From Trichodelitschia bisporula (Eukaryota): a stretch of DNA of 64,000 bases. Under the pieces are notes generated by a model, which had not been told where the DNA came from, ran no database searches, and worked only from the letters and a program-made list of their open reading frames with translations. Position numbers and translations under genes: made by a program. Positions 60,501 through 64,000 of the stretch are shown here, piece by piece (the stretch's first letter is position 1; every line of letters starts with the position of its first letter). The stretch is taken from positions 1,320,691 to 1,384,690 of the forward strand of contig ML996689.1 of NCBI GenBank assembly GCA_010356995.1, in the 5' to 3' direction.

Positions 60501-62458
60501 ATCAGTGCCATCAGCCGATCGGCCCAATTTGACAACACGCCAACGGATATGTCATTGAATCCCAGCAAAAAGATCCGGCCTTTGTAAGACCGGAAGCTCA
60601 TATGAAAGGCATCTGCCACAACACCGTGCATTGAGGAGTCGTCATCGTCCAGCTGCTCCACGACGCGGTGCAATTGGCGAGAGAAGAGGTCCTGATGGAA
60701 TATGTGCATGTGGATGAGGTCAAAAGTGTCGGTTACTCGGAGCGAAGGATCTTCAAGGATTATCAGTCGCTGGCTTATCGTGAGCACCCCAAGCACTGAT
60801 CTGCTGAGCCACTGGATGGCGACAATTGCCTCGTCATTGCGCCAGCGGCTTCGGGGTTTGAAGTGCAAAGTTGGAGGTTTGTCCTTCTCCGCAGCCAAGT
60901 CGGCGTGAACATCAAGGATGGTCAGTATGTTTGACCAACAATAAGCAAGCTTCGTCAATGAAACCTGTTGACTGGACTCAACGGGAGGTGCTTTGAGCTT
61001 TACGGCGGGAAACCATGCAAGACAGCCACTGAGAGCACTGTGCGGTGCAACATCCTTAGGCCGGGATGTTTTGAACTGAGTTTCTGCAATGGGCGTCGTC
61101 GATACGATTACCAGGAGATATGGTGTGAGTAATGCAGTGAGCCCAAGGGTGTCGGTTGGTTGCTCGACGTTCCCCAGCGGAAGAGGTGCAAATGCAAGGA
61201 CGGAACTCGCTTTTCTGGCCTTATCGTTGAGGATGTGGATGGGATATCGGCCGAGAATTCGGGTTGTTTTGACATTCCTTGCTACGGCACCGAGTCCTCG
61301 TGTTGCTAGATGAGAAAAGCCCATACCGCCCTCGTCAGCAGAGACTAGCGCGGTATGTCGAATTCCTAGAAATCCGACGTGAACAATGGGCACACCAGCG
61401 ACGTGACCGTCATGTCTTCGTTGGTCCAAGGTTGCTCTGTCAAGCGGCGGGATGTGAAGGAAAGGCTTGGCAGGCCGTGCAACCTCCCAGGTAAATATAT
61501 GACCGCTGGCATGGCCCGTGGCAATCGTCGAGTTGTCGGCAGAAATAGCTAGCGAGGTGACACTTCCACTTTCAACCGCTGGTAGGAAGTTAGCGAAGGA
61601 TGGACACGATATAAGGAAGAGAAAGCATGCCTTTGGTTCCCAGCCCAATGGTCACTATCAGGTTTTGGTGAAAGTCAAACACAAGAGCAAGGCCTTTCGA
61701 TGTCCCTATCACAATCGACACGCCTATCGCAAGAACGGTTGCCCGCCCGTAATTACGTCGTCCCGTCTCAGAGAAGACCTGGCCCGTAATCTTCCTGAGT
61801 TTTGTCCATCGCACGACTTCCCAAGGTGGTTGCGGTGTTTCTGACTCGTCAACCCCCTGGCTGCCGAGCAAAGTGCTAGATATCGATGATTGCCTGGACC
61901 GCGAGTAGAGGAACGCCGGCGATATGTTTCGGGACGACGTCGTTGGCGACAGTGATAACCTTGAGGAGAAGCGGCGATCGAACGGCTGAAGACCACCTGG
62001 ACGGTGTATACGAGCGGTAGACACATTCGAGGGAGCAACGCTGCTGCCAGGGGACGAGAGGATGGAGCCCTGAGAGATCAGCGAGACCCGCATAAAGAGA
62101 TCAAACCTACCCTTATTGAAGGTGTGTCGTCGGGTATCGAAGGCGAAATCCCTGGGCTAAGCGCGCCATCCTGGACTTGCGGCGAGTGGATTGGGGAAGG
62201 CGGTTCGTCATCCGGCTCCTCCACTCTCATCTTCCCGTAGCCTTGGAAAGAAGTGCCATTGAGGCCGGGCAAGGAGCTTTCCGTGCCCGATTCCACCTCT
62301 TCCGGTGACCTTGTGCGACTGAAGGATTCGGTATCGCTGTCCTGATGCTTCAGGGAGAGCAGGTCCTTTTGGGTTATCGGAAGGGCGGGCGCAGGCTGCT
62401 CAGTCGCGATGTCGGTTTTATTGTCGGGGACATCGCGTTCCCCGGGCTTGGAGCTCAT
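57584..62458 (-). CDS. VPS8: CORVET tethering complex subunit Vps8
   Basis: Introns 62070-62110 and 61579-61630 (GC donor). WD-like N-terminus, LYDALIYVWN helical core, C-terminal split RING-like CEKC..FACRHIFHRVCL..CP. Start codon is a best guess. Confidence 0.9.
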
Positions 62459-63007
62459 GAGGCTCGCTGCGCGATTGGCATCGCTTCGTGGAGGCGATGT
62501 TATGCGCACACTCCTTCGGATATTGGTCTGGTTTACAAACGTGTGATAGTTGTGAGCATGGTACGGGATGAAGATTAGATGAGAGGCGGGAAAGGCTGGA
62601 GCTCTGTTGACACGGGCCGGATAGCATGTACACGGTTACTCCTGCTTGCAACACAAATTCTTTGAGATCAGTTTGGGTTGACGAATGTCAGCAGAGAAGG
62701 CAGCTCCGTCGTAGCCTCGATCAGTTAGCTTGCCGCGCAGGCTGGGGGTTGCTATTCTGCCGTCAATTGATCAAGGCGGTCGGAGTGGCGCATCCCTGCA
62801 AGAACATTATCCTGACATCGTTCCATCATCGTCATTCTTGACTCTCGGTGCATTCAAGCATTTCTACTACCACCGAGCAGTCACGATCAATACGGCCTTT
62901 TCGTGAGATCCACAGTGTCCCTTGGTGACACACTTGCGAACTCAGTAGTCATCTTCCCTGAAAGCCGCCATCTACGAGCTCGCCATCTCCCTCGAGTCCG
63001 CTCCGCA

Positions 63008-63922
63008 ATGTCGTCCATAGGCCCAGAGCTTCCTCCGCATCTCCTTGCAAAGCGAAAGCGTCAAGCCGAAGAAGCCCAAACGTCTACGCACTCGCCGACC
63101 CTGGGAAAGAATGTCTCGAGCACAAGTAGCCCTGACGCAGCAGAGAAGCGTAGGCGTGTTATGGGACCCGCGCCGCCACCTGCGCCCCTAGCTGAGTTAC
63201 CGCAAACATCCGCCAACGATGATGGGAGTAGCAGCAGTGATGATGAGTTTGGCCCCTCGTTGCCCACAGGTAACACTACTACTGTAAGTCTATACTCCCG
63301 CACGCTGTCACTGCTAACCGCCCAGTCGTACGCGCATGATTCCGACGAGTCTCCTGGACCTAAGCCCGCGCCAACTGCCCCTAAGAAGGTGGAGCGAGAC
63401 GCCTGGATGCTTGTACCCCCTAAGCAAGACGATTTGGCAGCGCGCATGGATCCGACCAAAATTCGGGCGAAAAAGTTCAACACTGGGAGGGCTGCTGGGG
63501 CTAGTGCAGGTGGTGGCGGTATAGATACCGTGTGGACGGAAACTCCGGAGCAAAAGCGCAAGAGGCTGGAGAACGAAGTCTTAGGCGTGGCAGCTCCTGC
63601 ACACTCGACTGCCAAACAAGTCAAGCCGCGGGCAAAGGACGAAGAAGAGACCGCTCGGAGAATCAAGGAACATACGGTACGACCATTCCATCGGCCCCAT
63701 AACTTTTGCTAACCAATTCAGGAAAAACATCGGGGCAAGTCTCTGTATGATCAGCATCAAAAATCAACACCCCAGGATCTGGAGGATGATCCAAGCAAGC
63801 GAGCATTCGACAGAGAGAAGGACATCGCCAGCGGCACCAGAATAGGTCACACTCAACGCAAAGACCTAGTCAATCGGGCTGCTGACTTCGGCTCACGGTT
63901 TTCTGGCGGCGGATACCTCTGA
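63008..63922 (+). CDS. GPALPP-motif protein (GPALPP1/DUF3752-like)
   Basis: Repeated IGPELPP, MGPAPPP, FGPSLP; RDAWMLVPP, WTETPEQK, RAFDREKD, FGSRFSGGGYL. Introns 63284-63325, 63677-63721. Confidence 0.88.
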
Positions 63923-64000
63923 GAGCTTGCTACAGTTTAGCTTTGATTTGAATTGTCCGACAATGCCATCCAGCTTTGATCATAACTTGATCTGGCTGTG

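Noticed and set aside
38211..62458. RAV1, TBC GAP and VPS8 as a vacuolar trafficking cluster
   Set aside because: Interspersed with unrelated housekeeping genes and no shared motif was seen; coincidence is enough.
1..64000. tRNA, rRNA, CRISPR array, transposon, TPP riboswitch
   Set aside because: No diagnostic motifs seen by eye. tRNAscan-SE, Rfam and a repeat library search would be needed to exclude them formally.

Overview
Eukaryotic, intron-rich, GC-rich sequence from a filamentous ascomycete (Pezizomycotina inferred from gene content and mostly 41-77 nt introns with RCTRAY-like branch points). It is a gene-dense housekeeping region with 21 protein-coding genes that I could splice by hand: a UaY/PPR1-like transcription factor (5' end outside the window), a secreted Ala/Pro/Gly repeat protein, an IQM-family protein, SNT2, an RCR-family membrane protein, an NDUFA12-family protein, a calponin-homology protein, a glycine-rich RRM protein, inorganic pyrophosphatase, mL53, a TLC-domain protein, a BTB-like protein, RAV1, PRMT3, a TBC Rab-GAP, a gamma-glutamyltranspeptidase, mitochondrial release factor, a serine racemase/dehydratase, VPS8, a GPALPP1-like protein and two unknown proteins. 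I saw no tRNA, rRNA, CRISPR array, transposon or secondary-metabolite cluster, and no multi-gene novel system that I can support. The best leads are non-coding: a PRMT3 intron with no AG where conserved coding sequence resumes (apparent GT..AT), further non-standard splice sites (GAG acceptor, two GC donors, a stop codon split by an intron), a ~190-nt intergenic fold-back whose G.U pairs all favour the + strand, a phased GATC-motif cluster in front of an unexplained spliced segment, and a C-rich-then-G-rich sawtooth that tracks exons. Family names come from motif recognition, not database searches.
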